The notes under the pieces are model-generated. The model was given only the letters and a program-made list of their open reading frames with translations. It did no database searches and had not been told where the DNA came from. From the NCBI GenBank assembly GCA_965603825.1, contig CBFDEM010000037.1, forward strand, positions 310,001 to 374,000: a DNA stretch of 64,000 bases, read 5' to 3'. Numbering within the stretch: the first letter of the stretch is position 1; every line of letters begins with the position of its first letter. Source of the DNA: Blepharisma stoltei ATCC 30299 (taxonomy: Eukaryota; Protista; Ciliophora). Below are positions 14,201-28,820 of the stretch, one piece after another. Position numbers and translations under genes: made by a program.

Positions 14201-15161
14201 GATAAACTGTAAATAAAATTAATTCCTGGTAATAGCACCAACTATTAGGATCTGGACTCATTCGATCATAGTTGCAAGATCCTACCAGACACTCTGGCTT
14301 ACAATTTCCATAATCATCTTTACTGCACCCCTCAGCACATCCGCAATGATAGTAGTCTCATTCGCACTCTTTCGTATTGCAAGCTGGATCACAAATATCA
14401 TTTGCTAGCATTTTCAAAGTGCACCCTGAAGCGCAATATCCACAGTCTCCATCATCAAAATCACATATTAAATTGTTGCAAGCTTCATCACACACTCCAT
14501 CGCCAAGCATTCAATCGAAACAATTAGGAACGCAATAACAGTCAGTTTTATCATACTCGCATTCTTCTGTATAGCAAGCTTCATCACAAATCCCGTTTCC
14601 TATCATTCACGTGTTGCAGTTTGGCGAACATGTTGAATTTAAGCAATCCCCATTGTCAAAGTTGCAAGCAGAATTGTCACATTCTTGATTGCAGACATCG
14701 TTTCCTCAAATAGCTGCAGTACATCCAGGTGAGCACTCTTTGCAATTGTTTGCATCGTAGTAGCATTCAGGGACATTGCACTCAAAATCGCAATAGCCTC
14801 CTAATTGATCTTGTTGGCCTATATATTATATACATGAAGGTCCACAATAACTACAATCCCCAAAATCGTATCCGCAATAAGCATTATTACAAATTTCATC
14901 ACAGATCCTATTTCCCAATAAGATGCTTGTACAGTTCGTTTTAAGACAAGATTCATAGCAATCTGATTCGCCTGGCAAAGATTCATGAGCAAGCTCTGGG
15001 AATGCAGCATCAAAGCTGCAAGAAGGCGTCATGCATTCGATATTACACGATCCATCCCCAATCTACTTAAGGTTTACAGTGATTTGATTGCATTTATTTC
15101 AGTTGCAAGCAATATTGAGAGCCTCAGATATAGAAAGAACCAGTATCAATAAGTTCAGCAT
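8274..15161 (-). CDS. Giant surface membrane protein B (~2285 aa), tandem paralog of A
   Basis: Track ORFs from 8274 to 15032 share one frame and are joined by TGA=Trp and introns 15063-15077 and 14819-14833. Same domain order and shared blocks with A (GKVSRLNNGYEF..NF.GFLYA.N; GYWR....F(W)..CPNPSACLGSP). The C-terminus may extend to 8123 via a frameshift (see findings). Confidence 0.85.
14819..14833 (-). other. 15-nt spliceosomal intron
   Basis: GTATATAATATATAG with A10; removal deletes an in-frame TAA and restores a Cys codon. Confidence 0.88.
15063..15077 (-). other. 15-nt spliceosomal intron
   Basis: GTAAACCTTAAGTAG with A10; removal deletes an in-frame TAG between the signal-peptide exon and the first LNR repeat. 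Confidence 0.88.
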
Positions 15162-15460
15162 ATGCAAAGACTATTTAATTATTTTTAAAATTTTATTTTT
15201 TATGATTCCTATTTATCTTATAAAATCATGTCTACTCAAGAATAATTTATATGACTGATTAGACTAAATTTAAGACCTGTATAGTCCCTGCATTCTATTT
15301 CTATTGCAAAATCTTAAAGGCTCTAAAACCTTATAGCTAATTAATCTATATAATAAAAAGGTTCATTTATTTTTATATATATTTAGACTAAAAAAGCTAG
15401 CATTAAACATAAAATGCAGATTCTAGTGACATTTTTTACGAGAGTTAAATATAACGAGCG

Positions 15461-17791
<2,331 letters not shown>

Positions 17792-17858
17792 TTTATAATT
17801 GCTTAAGCTATAATAAAAAATAATTCTGAGTGTCAGACCTTTCTCAAGTATACAAAAT

Positions 17859-18665
17859 TTATACATATTGATTTTTCATAGGTGAACCATTTCCTATAAT
17901 ACTATTTCCGTACTCAGCCATTCCTCTTCTCACTGTTGGAGATTCTCTCGAGTGACTTTCAGCAATAAAGCCTGTTATTGGGTTTAAGTTATGGACTTTT
18001 GGGTTATTTTTTGTGTAGAGTGGCTGCTTGAATGCAGGATGCCAAGCTAATGACAGCAAATCTACTGGGTTTTTATAGGATGGAGTATTATACCCAATTA
18101 TATTTGTTGGAACTGGTGAGAGGCTCCTATTGTCTCTTGCTCTTCTGTCGTATGATTTATTCTCAAAGCTTCTATCTAGCTCAGGGCTCTTTTTCGAATT
18201 CAATAAATAATCAAAGCTTCTATCTGCATCAAATGGCTTCTTATGATTCCCTCCAATTCCATTATCAAAAGTCCTATCAATTTCATTAGAATTTCTCTCA
18301 TTTCTTATCAAAGGCTCCTGGCTGTACTGGGACCTCTTTTCTTCTTGCTTTAATAAGTCCAGCTCTATATCTTTCATCCTTAATTTTTCTTTAAGTTTCT
18401 GTAAATCGTCATTGACAACTAAAATTCCTTTGTTTCTCCTTGTTTTTATGGATGATTTAGTTTCGTTCATCATTCCGTGGTTGTGTCTTTCAAGCGGCTT
18501 AAAGGTAGTCTCTTCTGGAGTTAAAGAAGTGGTTGCAGTTATGTCAACTGCAAGGGCGAATTCTGGAGAGTTTAGGTTTTTATGATTATCAAAATATTTT
18601 ACTCCTCCTCTTTGCAATCGTTCTTGGTAGTTTAGCCGAGATGGCTTAAACTTGGAATGATTCAT
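17859..18665 (-). CDS. Hypothetical protein (268 aa)
   Basis: Uninterrupted ATG-TAA ORF; short internal D-R-[ST]-F-[DE] repeats; no recognisable domain. Confidence 0.75.
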   Translation of the reverse strand: MNHSKFKPSRLNYQERLQRGGVKYFDNHKNLNSPEFALAVDITATTSLTPEETTFKPLERHNHGMMNETKSSIKTRRNKGILVVNDDLQKLKEKLRMKDIELDLLKQEEKRSQYSQEPLIRNERNSNEIDRTFDNGIGGNHKKPFDADRSFDYLLNSKKSPELDRSFENKSYDRRARDNRSLSPVPTNIIGYNTPSYKNPVDLLSLAWHPAFKQPLYTKNNPKVHNLNPITGFIAESHSRESPTVRRGMAEYGNSIIGNGSPMKNQYV

Positions 18666-18706
18666 GATTTAATTATTTATTCTCATTTAGTAGAAATAAA
18701 TTAAAA

Positions 18707-21106
18707 TTATTTAGTATTAGAAGGTGCAAGCATCATTGGATTTGGGACTAAATCATATGGATAAAAGAGATTTGGATATAGCAAGCTCGGGCCATATGAG
18801 TATAATGGCTTGTATTCAATCCTTTCATAGTAAACTGGCCTTTCAGGTGGGCTTTCTAAACTATCCCTGTTACTAACCATGAGCCTTGGATCCAGTTGCG
18901 CACCTTCGTTGCTTGCCACAGCTACAATATCCCTTAAATCAATATTATCACTCGATTTAGGTCTTTCACTTTTTTGCTTTTTCGGACCATTAAATACTGT
19001 CACAGTGTGCTTTCTTTCTTGCTTATAGTATTTTGGATTAGGAAATTTATATACTTTTCTGTCTTCAAAGGTCTCCACATTGTGGCATTCTTCATCCCAA
19101 AAGCTATAATAGCTTTCAGGAGGATATTTCTCATTATTCCTTGGCTTCTTAGGCTTGAAAACTGAAGCCTGTTCTCTTTCTGATATTGCAGCCTTAGAAA
19201 ATTCTTTATCTCTTTCGCTTTGGACTTTTTTTACAAGTTGGTCTCTCTTTAAATCTCTAATTAACAAAGAAAACCTATAATTGGCCAGCTCTTGCATATG
19301 CCTTTCTTCACAAAGCAGAGCTTTTTTCCAGTGATTAAACATGTTTGTTTGCCTTTCTGGATGCGATTCAGCTGTAAGGAAAACACTTGTATATCTCCCG
19401 GCAGCAATAGAGGTAACTGGGCACCCTAATAAGTGGTCAATTAGTCTTGGAAGTCCAACTCTTTTGAATTCCTTCGCCATTGTGCCAATAGCTAATTGCC
19501 CTTTCATATTACTTCCCCAGCAATACAACAGCCCATCAACAGTGATTGCAATAGAATGTTCCCAGCCTAATACAAGTTTGACCACTCCTCTTCCTGATAA
19601 ATATTCTACTTTTACAGGATCAGTCATTGTGTGAAACATTGTGCTTGATAGGCCCAGCTGTCCTGATGTATTATAGCCCCATGCATAGACATCTAAATTC
19701 TCAGTTAAAATGCATGTATGTCGACCTCCACAGTAAACTCCTCTTATTTTTTCTCCACCAACAGTTTCATATGTGTGAGGAGATTCTCCACCTAACTTAT
19801 GATCAGAATTACAGCCAAATAAAATAGCAGTGCCATCAAGGGTTACGATTCCACTATGAGTATGAGCGCTCGAAATTTGATGAGCATTTTTTATGAAAGG
19901 TATTATGGTGGGAATTAATATATTTCCGTCATGACCATTAGCGCCTTGGCTATGATCTCCACAGCTTCAAACTTCTCTATTTTCTAATAAGAAAAAACTT
20001 GTATTATAGCCTGCTGTTATTTTTATACATTTTTTGGTAAGAGAGACCAAAGTAGGTGTATGGACACTATTTTCGTGGCCCAGACCAAGTCTGCCGCCTT
20101 CTCCTAAGCCAAAAGTGTAAACGTGGCCTTCTGATAAAATCATTGAATGATAGCAGCCACATGCTACAGCGTCAACAACACTAGGAAAATTAACATGAAT
20201 AGGCTTAGGAGATACTGGAATATAAGGAATTATGTCTTTTTCTAAGTATTCTTTTAAATTCGGTGGCTGAGTGTCGAGCATTTTTACATCTTGCAATTTA
20301 TTCAGCCAGAATTTTTTAACATTAACTGAGATAATTTCTTTTTGAAGATTCACAAAAGTTTCTGGTGGGACGCCAAGCTGCCCAAATGGCCCAGTTCCTC
20401 ATGAATATAGCCTTCCGTCTTCAGTGCACGCTAATCCATGTAGATCTCCAGCAGCTATATCAACCCAAAATGGATAATCAGGGTAACACTCATCACTGTC
20501 TCCTTTCAAGCATAAAATTTCAAAGTTATCCATCACAACCTCTGGTGTTGGTCTTAAAGTTTGCGAAATTTTTGGGGCAAATTCTATTCCTTCCAATGCA
20601 CTTTCCAGCATCAATTGAAATCGCTCACTAGAATTTTTGTGAGACAGCTGATAATGCTCATCAGACCCATTAGTTCGTAGTTCGATGCCTTGTGTGCCTA
20701 AAATGAAAGCTTTTTTTGTTACAGATTCTTTAGTTTCATCACGAATATGGAGGATTTCAACTTCAAGATTTGAGTTCAAGTCTGAAAAAACCATAATGTC
20801 GGCAGTTCGACTTTTTTTGGACAAGGAAATTTTGTCTGGGATTATTCTTATTGGAATTTTATTGCGAGAAGTTATTGAGAGGTTTAGTGATTGTTCTGAT
20901 TCCAGCGTTATGATGTAATGATCTGGGCTCCCAATGCCGCTTAGAAGGAGTTTTTCTTTGGAAAAAGAAATGCCCATCTCTTCTGGAGTTATTTCTTTGT
21001 ATCGAGGGATAAATTCAGAGTTAGCATGAGATCGAGATGAAGGCTTGGAGACTTCAGAAGCTTTATGAGAGAGGATTCTTCGATTTGCTTTTTTGGGCTG
21101 CTCCAT
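18707..21106 (-). CDS. RCC1-repeat (beta-propeller) protein (~799 aa)
   Basis: Three track ORFs in one frame joined by TGA at YS(W)G and EV(W)SCG; typical blades VACGCYHSMIL..GHVYTFGLGEGGRLGLG and YCWGSNMKGQL. Confidence 0.9.
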
Positions 21107-21216
21107 TTAGGCAATTTAATTAACGAATAAATTATAATCATTAGAAGTCAAAATTTTTCTTAAATTTTATTTGCTAAATGATATTTATAAGCCTGGCTGA
21201 TTATTTTTAACAAAAA

Positions 21217-22056
21217 ATGTTAACAACAGCACTAATATGCAGCACTGCTTCTCTACTTGCTTTTATTCTTGGTTTAAATCATAACAAGCTAAAATCAAAA
21301 TTTGGGTGGCTTTATAAAGCAATTTACTACTCATCTTGGCCTTTGTCTTTATTTTATCTTTACAAATGCAAACTTATGCCAGCAAATTATTCAATAGCGT
21401 ATGTCTGTTCAGCAATTGGGTGGAATATTATAGGAAGAACGCTACAAATGATAGGGTTAACTGGAGGGGTAGGAAGCGGAAAAAGTGCAGTGACTTCAAT
21501 AGTAAAATCGTCATTTTCTAGAGAAATTGCTATAATTGACTGTGATTTGGTTTCTAGAGAAGTTGTAATTCCAGGCAGACGGGCTTATAAAAATATCGTC
21601 AAAGCTTTTGGATCCAAAATTCTAGATTCGGAAGGATGTATTGATAGAAAAATTTTAGGTGCAATTGTATTCGCTAATAAAGCTCAAAGGAATAAGTTAG
21701 ACCAGATTATTCAGCCTGCTATTTTTTTAGAGATCTTTAAAAAGCTTATCTATTACAAAATAAAAGGATACTCGTATGTAATCATAGATGCTCCAATTCT
21801 TTTTGAGACAAAAATTTTACCATGGTTTTGCTTTCCGATAATAACAGTGTATGTTTCTGATGAAGAAATACAAATAAAGAGAGTAATGGGCAGAGACAAA
21901 ATAACTAGAGAAGAAGCTATACAAAAAATCCAATGCCAATGGCCAATTGAGCTTAAGATAAGAAAAAGCAACATCTCGATTGATAATATTGGCACTTTCG
22001 AAGACTTGGAACTAAAAATACGATCAATCTTTAGAAGTTTAATTCTATCCGCTTAA
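21217..22056 (+). CDS. Dephospho-CoA kinase (CoaE/DCAKD-like) with hydrophobic N-terminal extension
   Basis: IGLTGGVGSGKS P-loop; IIDCDLVSREVV; IDRKILGAIVF; IIDAPILFE. Confidence 0.92.
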   Translation: MLTTALICSTASLLAFILGLNHNKLKSKFGWLYKAIYYSSWPLSLFYLYKCKLMPANYSIAYVCSAIGWNIIGRTLQMIGLTGGVGSGKSAVTSIVKSSFSREIAIIDCDLVSREVVIPGRRAYKNIVKAFGSKILDSEGCIDRKILGAIVFANKAQRNKLDQIIQPAIFLEIFKKLIYYKIKGYSYVIIDAPILFETKILPWFCFPIITVYVSDEEIQIKRVMGRDKITREEAIQKIQCQWPIELKIRKSNISIDNIGTFEDLELKIRSIFRSLILSA

Positions 22057-22121
22057 TTATTGATAAAAACTCTTTGCTATAAAAATACAGAAAAACATAA
22101 ATGTAAAAATTATTTTCACAT

Positions 22122-22956
22122 TTAAGCTCCACGGCCTCTTCCCCGCCCTCTTCCTCTTCCTCTGCCTCTTCCAGGGCTTAAAATTGGATTTTCTCCAGCA
22201 TTATCTGGATTTCTATTATTTTCATTATCTTTTCCTTTTAGGAAAAATTCTTCACTTTTCCGCTCATTTTTATGATCCTTTTTTAAAACACTATTAAAAA
22301 GACTTTCATTTTTATCTTGATTAACCTTTTTGAAAAGATCTTCATTTTCATTGTTTCTATTTACAGTTGATATTGGCAGAGCTACAAAATTATCTGTATC
22401 AGTCTTATCAAGGGGCTGAATTTTTGATTCATTTACTGACTTTGAATCCACTTCGGGAATTCTAACTTCTTCATCAATTAATTTAAATCTGAGAAGCCTT
22501 CTTATGAAAAAATCTAAAGCAAGTGTCTAAACTATAAATTACTGATGAAGTCAATATAAAGAAAAGACTTGAAATATAGAGAAAAGATTGATATGTTTCA
22601 GGTGAGGATGGTGAGAGGCAGACTATTTTCGCTGATATCATTGAAGGATCAGTCTGATCTGAATTTAGCTCAAGAGAAGATAGTGATAATCCAAAGATTA
22701 TATAGTAAAAATCCCAAAACAGAACAATTATAAGCAAAGCTGCAGCAGCAATTGATAAATTTCTAAGATTTATCCATGAATACAACCCTGATACAATTCC
22801 GCTCGTAAAAGTGATGATAAATAAAAAAAGTTTGACCCAAGTTCTCCATGTATTAACATCAAAATCATCTTTATAGGACTCATATAGATAAGGTCCTGCA
22901 AATCCACAGGAAACCATAAGAGCAGCTCCTATGGAAAAGATATAGATGTTTATCAT
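22122..22956 (-). CDS. Hypothetical multi-pass membrane protein with C-terminal (RG)n tail
   Basis: Two out-of-frame track ORFs are joined by the 16-nt intron 22527-22542; about 4 hydrophobic segments; ends PGRGRGRGRGRGRGA-TAA. Confidence 0.75.
22527..22542 (-). other. 16-nt spliceosomal intron
   Basis: GTAATTTATAGTTTAG with A10; its length exactly corrects the frame offset between ORFs 22483-22956 and 22122-22451. Confidence 0.8.
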
Positions 22957-23075
22957 TTTTTATATAACGAATACATAGCGTTAATGCAATTAAACTCAAT
23001 CATAAACCATTGAAAAGTATAATAATTAACCAATCATATTTAATTCATCCAAATTTTAGCATAAGAATTTACCTA

Positions 23076-23786
23076 TTACTTTTTATCTTTCTTTTCTTTA
23101 TCCGCGTTCTTCATCAAAATGATCAAAATCCTCACAAAAATTGCTACCAAGTCCACAAACAAATGCATAGCGTGAGCTAAATCGTCTTTGTTCCCTATCT
23201 CGATTTGATAAATAATCAGCTGAGTATCATAAATCACATATCCACAGAAGACCAATAAGCCAAGATATAATTGAACATTGAACATGAAATTTGATGCCAA
23301 TCCAATCATCCCTAAAAGAGAGCAAATCATAATGAAAAGGGTTGAAGTCCCCAGAATCCCGCCTAAGTATAAGAACCTTCTTTTGTCAGCTTTGAGAGCT
23401 GCTAAGCTGAAGCTTACAAAGATTCCGAAAGTCGCGAAAAGGGCTGTGATCAGAATTGAAGGGTCAACGTGGAGGGCAAGGTTAATAAGTGGACCAATGC
23501 TGACACCGTCTAGAAAACCGAATAAAAGAAGAAGTGGGAATCTCCATATGCTTTTTTGGTCTGCATTTAGGAAGCAGAGGAGGCAGATAAGTGAAGCGAA
23601 CCCTGTGAATTGACCACCTATGTGCATGAAAATATTGCCAAGAGCACCAAGAGCGCAGCTTCCTGCAAGAAGGGCAAGATTTGAGTACACCTTGCTGAGG
23701 ACTCGCTTAGTAGATGCTGAGAGGTCTTTGAACTCGAACAGATTGGGAGCGTCGTATGATTCGTATGAGAAAAAGCTAGAAGACAT
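23076..23786 (-). CDS. TMBIM6: Bax inhibitor-1 family membrane protein
   Basis: LSKVYSNL; SIGPLI; YLGGILG; YLGLLVFCGYVIYDTQLII; HAMHLFVDLVAIFVRILIIL followed by a Lys-rich end. Confidence 0.92.
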   Translation of the reverse strand: MSSSFFSYESYDAPNLFEFKDLSASTKRVLSKVYSNLALLAGSCALGALGNIFMHIGGQFTGFASLICLLCFLNADQKSIWRFPLLLLFGFLDGVSIGPLINLALHVDPSILITALFATFGIFVSFSLAALKADKRRFLYLGGILGTSTLFIMICSLLGMIGLASNFMFNVQLYLGLLVFCGYVIYDTQLIIYQIEIGNKDDLAHAMHLFVDLVAIFVRILIILMKNADKEKKDKK

Positions 23787-24882
23787 ATTTATTATGATGA
23801 GACGTGTTAGGAGATGAGAATTCTATATTTATTGACTTCAGTATAATAACCAGGTTTGATTTTTAAGCAATATTCGTAGTTTGCTAATTAAAATTCAGAT
23901 AGTCTTTTAAAGAATCGCGAAAATTAAAGAATAAATCTTTCGAAATTGCCATCTAGGCGAAGAAATTCGAGAATTAAATGTGATGAAATTATCAACTCTT
24001 AATATTACTATTAGAAATTTATACCTAGCAGTAAGCATTCTTATAAGAAATTAAGTATATTTTGATACTCTAAGGCTAATTTCGAGCTGTTAACATAAGC
24101 TTTATTATGAGAAATCAAATCATAGAAGTCATGAATCTTAGATTAATTATCAATCTTTGGAATATGATAAAGTAAATAATAACATCTTTACTTCTTAATC
24201 CTTTGCTTATTTTATGCTCTATGCTATTTGCACCGTTTTGTCTTAATCAGAAAATCATTAAAGTATGACATAAAATCATAATTATATGCACATCAATCTT
24301 ACAGGTTAATCAATGAACTGCTTAATTTTTGGCAGCTATATCTTTGCTAAAGGATCAGTTTATACTTGCATTATTATCAATCCTTTGCTACCTAATTACC
24401 AAAGCATAAAACCTTTTATCAAAAAATTGCATCGTCCTGCTAAGCCAATAATTTTTCTTTGAAAATATTACAAATAGCACTTATCCAAAAGAATAAAAAT
24501 TTTATTATGAGTAGACGTGCTTCAATATTATTCAATATATAATCAATTTTTCCAGAAGCTATTATTTACAACATGATATAAGTACTCCACATGTAGCAAA
24601 GAGAGTGCAAAATTGTCACAAGTAATTATATATTGATGTCTATTCCTTCAATATTTAATCAGCGCACATATCTCAAAGGTTTTTCCTTTAAAACTTTTTA
24701 TGGAAGCTCCACATTTATTTCTATTCAATAATCATAATTATTTTCCTTCCATAAATTTATCAATTTTTCTTATACTTTTTCTATAACCACTATCCTCTAC
24801 CATTCTCCTTCAAATCCTCTTCAGCAAGTCCATAATTTCCTTAAGTCTTTATCAATTCAACTTAATGAGTTAATACAATAAA

Positions 24883-25281
24883 ATGGACGGAGGATATACG
24901 CTTCGCACCAGGAAGATCATGACGAATAAACTTCTTCACAGACTTCAAATGGTTGTTGATATAATCCATCCTGAACTCGGAGGAGTATCTGTTGAAAAAA
25001 TAAAGGAAAGACTCGCAAAAACCTACAAGGCAAAGCCTGAACAGATTATTGTTTATGGATTACAAACTGCTTTTGGAGGCTCAAGATCCACAGGATTCGC
25101 ATTGATCTACGATAATAAGGATTTCCTAGCCAAATTCGAACCAAAATACAGATTGAGAAGACTAGGATTACTTCCAGCTAAAACTGGGTCCAGAAAACAA
25201 AAGAAAGAATTGAAAAATAAGAGAAAGAAGGTCAGAGGAAAAGCAAAAGCTACCGTCGGCGTTGGCAAGAAAAAGAAGTAA
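24883..25281 (+). CDS. RPS24: 40S ribosomal protein S24 (eS24)
   Basis: TLRTRKIMTNKLLHRLQMVVDIIHP; TAFGGSRSTGFALIYD; KFEPKYRL; KELKNKRKKVRG. Confidence 0.97.
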   Translation: MDGGYTLRTRKIMTNKLLHRLQMVVDIIHPELGGVSVEKIKERLAKTYKAKPEQIIVYGLQTAFGGSRSTGFALIYDNKDFLAKFEPKYRLRRLGLLPAKTGSRKQKKELKNKRKKVRGKAKATVGVGKKKK

Positions 25282-26075
25282 GCATAATAATTTCTTTCCA
25301 CAAATAAGAGTTATTTATGAATTTAAGCATTTATTTAGCTGAAATTCTTTCTCTTCTATTTAGGAATTTTAGCTGTAAAGTTTCGATACTTGGATTCAAT
25401 TTTTTACCATAAATTTGTATTTTTTGCATTTCGCTTATCCTACGTTATTAAGCTTTTAAAAATAAAATATCATTCCGTATGGTAGTATTTTACATGGGAA
25501 GATATATAAAAAATAGTTCATTTTAAACACAGAAATATTAATTGTCAGATATGAATGAGTTATAGTTGGTGCTAAATAAATAAAAGCTTATAGAATAGTA
25601 GGCTGAAAGTCAAAGAATTTTAAACTTTTATGCTAGAATTATCAAACACAAGAGATGTTTAAGATGCTAAGAAGAATTAAACTGAAAGAAAATAGTAACG
25701 CAATTAAGAGATAATTTTAAGATTAAATTAAAGGCATTAAATTGAATTATTTATTAATAACACATATTAAAGCCAATCAAATATTCATTTTTAAAGACAT
25801 TAATTTATAGTGTAATATAGTCAAAATAAGATAAAAATTTTTAAATTCATATTTATTTAGATCTATTAAGAGGCTCTTATAGACAGCTTAAGAAAAGTGG
25901 AGAGCGGCCAAATTATACAGACAAAATCTTTAGTATCTGTATATTATCTACGAGAAGAATAAGCTTATGTATTTTTATTTAGTCTAATAGTAATGACATT
26001 GAAATTTCTTTGTTTTTATCAAACTTATTTCTTTTCCGTCCTTAATAAAGAAACTCGCTCATTTTTAGCACAAAT

Positions 26076-28298
26076 ATGGATTTCAATTTTGAATGACTTG
26101 ATAATGATCCTATAGAAACCATAGAATCTCCTAACTCCATCAGGTCAGAAGAAGAGATTTCTAAATGAAGCACTGAGGAAAATTTGACAGAAGTTCGAAG
26201 AGCAATAACCATATTAAACAAAGGCTTCCCATCTCAAAAATTGTCAATATTAAGCAATCTTCACAAAATATTAACTGAGTCTATGAATGAGAAATTAATT
26301 GAAATCATAAATGTACACGTTATATAGAGTGAAATACTCTCATGAGCAGAAGATATGCAAGTTGAAACAGGCAAAAGCTTAAGGCTGGCAATTGAAAATG
26401 AGTCTTACCCAATCCAGAATATCTCAATAATCTCTGAAATCTGTATATCCATTCTCAGTCTATGGTCTTCCAAAATCCACGAAGCATGAGTACCTGTTTT
26501 TGAAGAAATCATAAAAAAAGCCCCATCAGACCTGGTAGCCCGTTTATTTATCCCAGCTTGCATTGAATTTTCTGAATACTCACAACCAGAAGGTCTAAGA
26601 AAATCAATTACAAGCATGATAGGATTTTTAGCTGAAAAATCCGAAAATTATATCACAGACGATTTGCTAAAAAGAGTGTTTTTGTTAGCCCAAGACCCAA
26701 GCCACGAGATACGAGAATCCATGGCTAAAAATTTGCATAAAATCTGTAGAGCGCTTGGAGAAGAAAAAACAGAAAATTTAATTTTTGAAGAAATAGCCAA
26801 ATTAGCTGATGATGAAGAGCCGACTGTAAGAAGTGAAGCCATGGGACTTTTAATAGAAATTGTGGATATGCTGCCATTTGATTTTACAATAAATAATGTT
26901 TTACCGATATTGCAAAGAGAATTAACTCAGCCAAGCAGCAGGGCTGTAAAAAGAGAATTAGCCAAGAGATTTGGACAGATGATAGTAAAGCTTGAAGGAG
27001 AGCTGCAAGAAGAGGATTTCAAAAGAAATGCTTTTAGGTTCTATAGAACAATGTGCAGTGACGAAGATGAGTTTAAAAGACTCGCTGCTATAAATTTCCC
27101 AGGAGTCTTAATGACTCTTGGCCCTCAGGAGTTCAATTTTGAACTAAATGGGATTCACAGCAAGCTCTGCATGGATCCTGATGATGATACGAGGAGTATT
27201 ATGGCGACGAGCCTGCATGAAATCGCAAAAATACTAGGGGAAAAATCATTGCAATTAGAAGAAACCTTATTCTACTTGCTTCTAGATAATGTGAAATGGA
27301 AATTATTGGTAAACTTAGATGTTGTCCTATCTTTTATGCATAGCGATGAAATAAAGCATAAAGTCTATGAAGAAATGTGTGGATTTTTAGCAAAAGTTAA
27401 AAACTCTAGATTTCAAATGATGCTATTAAATTCGCTTAAAAAAGTGCTGAAGTTTTTCAAAGTAAACGAATTTATACTGGAAATTTTTCCAATCATGATA
27501 AATTTTATGAAGGCTGGAGCTTGAAATGTAAAAAATAAAGCAGCTGAAATTGCGGCTGAGATTATAAAACTTACTTATTATAAAGACAAGAAGAATGAAC
27601 TTTGCCAAACTTGCATCCAAACATTATGCAATTCACCAAAATCCACTGACAGAATAATCTTTATCGAACTCTCCATTGGCATATATAAATCATGCTCAAA
27701 CTTTTTCTTCAAAAAGCACTTCCTTCAACCAATTTTATCATTAGAAAAAGACCCAATCAAATCAGTCAAAATAAAAATTGCTCAAAGCTTGCCAAAATTT
27801 AGAAAAACTCTATTAGAAGAAGATATAGATCTAAGCAAGAAAATAAGCAATATATTAGAATATTTAGCTGAAGACCCAAGCAAAACTATCCAAGATATTG
27901 CGATTAATTCTCAGATGAATATTATGAGTATCGGATATTACAAAAAATTAAGCTCTCAAAAATATGTCAATAGAGAAAGAGAGAAGAAAAAATACGAAGA
28001 TTCGCAAGAAATTCAAGAAATAAAAGAAGCTGAAGAGCTTAAAAAGAAAGCTGTTGATGACTTGACAAATAAAGCAAGAGTTGCATATACAATGGCTCAG
28101 AGGCTTAAAAATGCATCAAATCCAAGGATTTATTCATCAACTTCACCACTTGCAGGAAGAAATAGAATGGAAAGGAAAAGTGTTGTGGGGAAAATTGATG
28201 TGCCAAAGTCTCCATTAAGAGCTGGATCGCAATTAGACAGGTTAAGAAGAGGAAGCCCTTTGTTATTAACCTCAAGGAAAAATAAGGTTAGTAGATAA
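26076..28298 (+). CDS. HEAT-repeat protein, protein phosphatase 4 regulatory subunit 4-like
   Basis: Single frame from ATG 26076 with TGA=Trp and intron 26313-26327. The N-terminal RSEEEISK(W)STEENLTEVRRAITIL resembles PP4R4; HEAT motifs LAQDPSHEIR and LADDEEPTVR. Confidence 0.75.
26313..26327 (+). other. 15-nt spliceosomal intron
   Basis: GTACACGTTATATAG with A10; removes an in-frame TAG. Confidence 0.88.
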
Positions 28299-28540
28299 TA
28301 TTCAATTCATTACTTTAAGATTTCTTTTAATAATTAGCGATTTAAATTCCAGCTTTATTAAGCTCAAAGAAGTGTTATGCATCAATTTATAAAATTAATA
28401 AAAATATTTCTATCTCCTTAAAAAGTCTTTTGGCATCAGAAAAGACTATAAAATACATATAAATCTAAAATCTTTTCTTACCTTTAAAACTTCATTTCCT
28501 TATCAAAGTGTTCGGCTAGAAATATGGTAATAATTAACCA

Positions 28541-28705
28541 ATGACAAACCTTTGGAACTCACATCCTAAAAGCAACAGCAAAGGATCAAGAAGTTGCCGA
28601 GTTTGCGCAGGACGCAATGGGTTAATCAGAAAATACGAACTCTTTGTCTGCAGACGTTGCATCAGAGAAATTGCTCCACACGTTGGCTTCAAGAAGTATA
28701 GATAA
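28541..28705 (+). CDS. RPS29: 40S ribosomal protein S29 (uS14)
   Basis: Below the ORF-track size cutoff: MTNLWNSHPKSNSKGSRSCRVCAGRNGLIRKYELFVCRRCIREIAPHVGFKKYR-TAA, with the C2-C2 zinc motif. Confidence 0.96.
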   Translation: MTNLWNSHPKSNSKGSRSCRVCAGRNGLIRKYELFVCRRCIREIAPHVGFKKYR

Positions 28706-28820
28706 CTAACACTTAAACATATGCTTCAACCATAAAAAGCCTTTATTTTCTAAACAAAATCAACAGTTTTATGATAGAAAACAAAGAAATTCATTATATC
28801 TAATAAGAATTTAAAATTAG

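Noticed and set aside
415-15161. Many short same-strand ORFs suggesting pseudogenes or an operon
   Set aside because: Fragments share one frame per gene and are split only by TGA (Trp) or tiny introns; they form two intact genes.
23787-26075. Long AT-rich gaps flanking RPS24 as possible germline-limited IES or hidden genes
   Set aside because: No convincing ORF, terminal inverted repeat or RNA motif; an IES cannot be called without comparing germline and somatic sequence.
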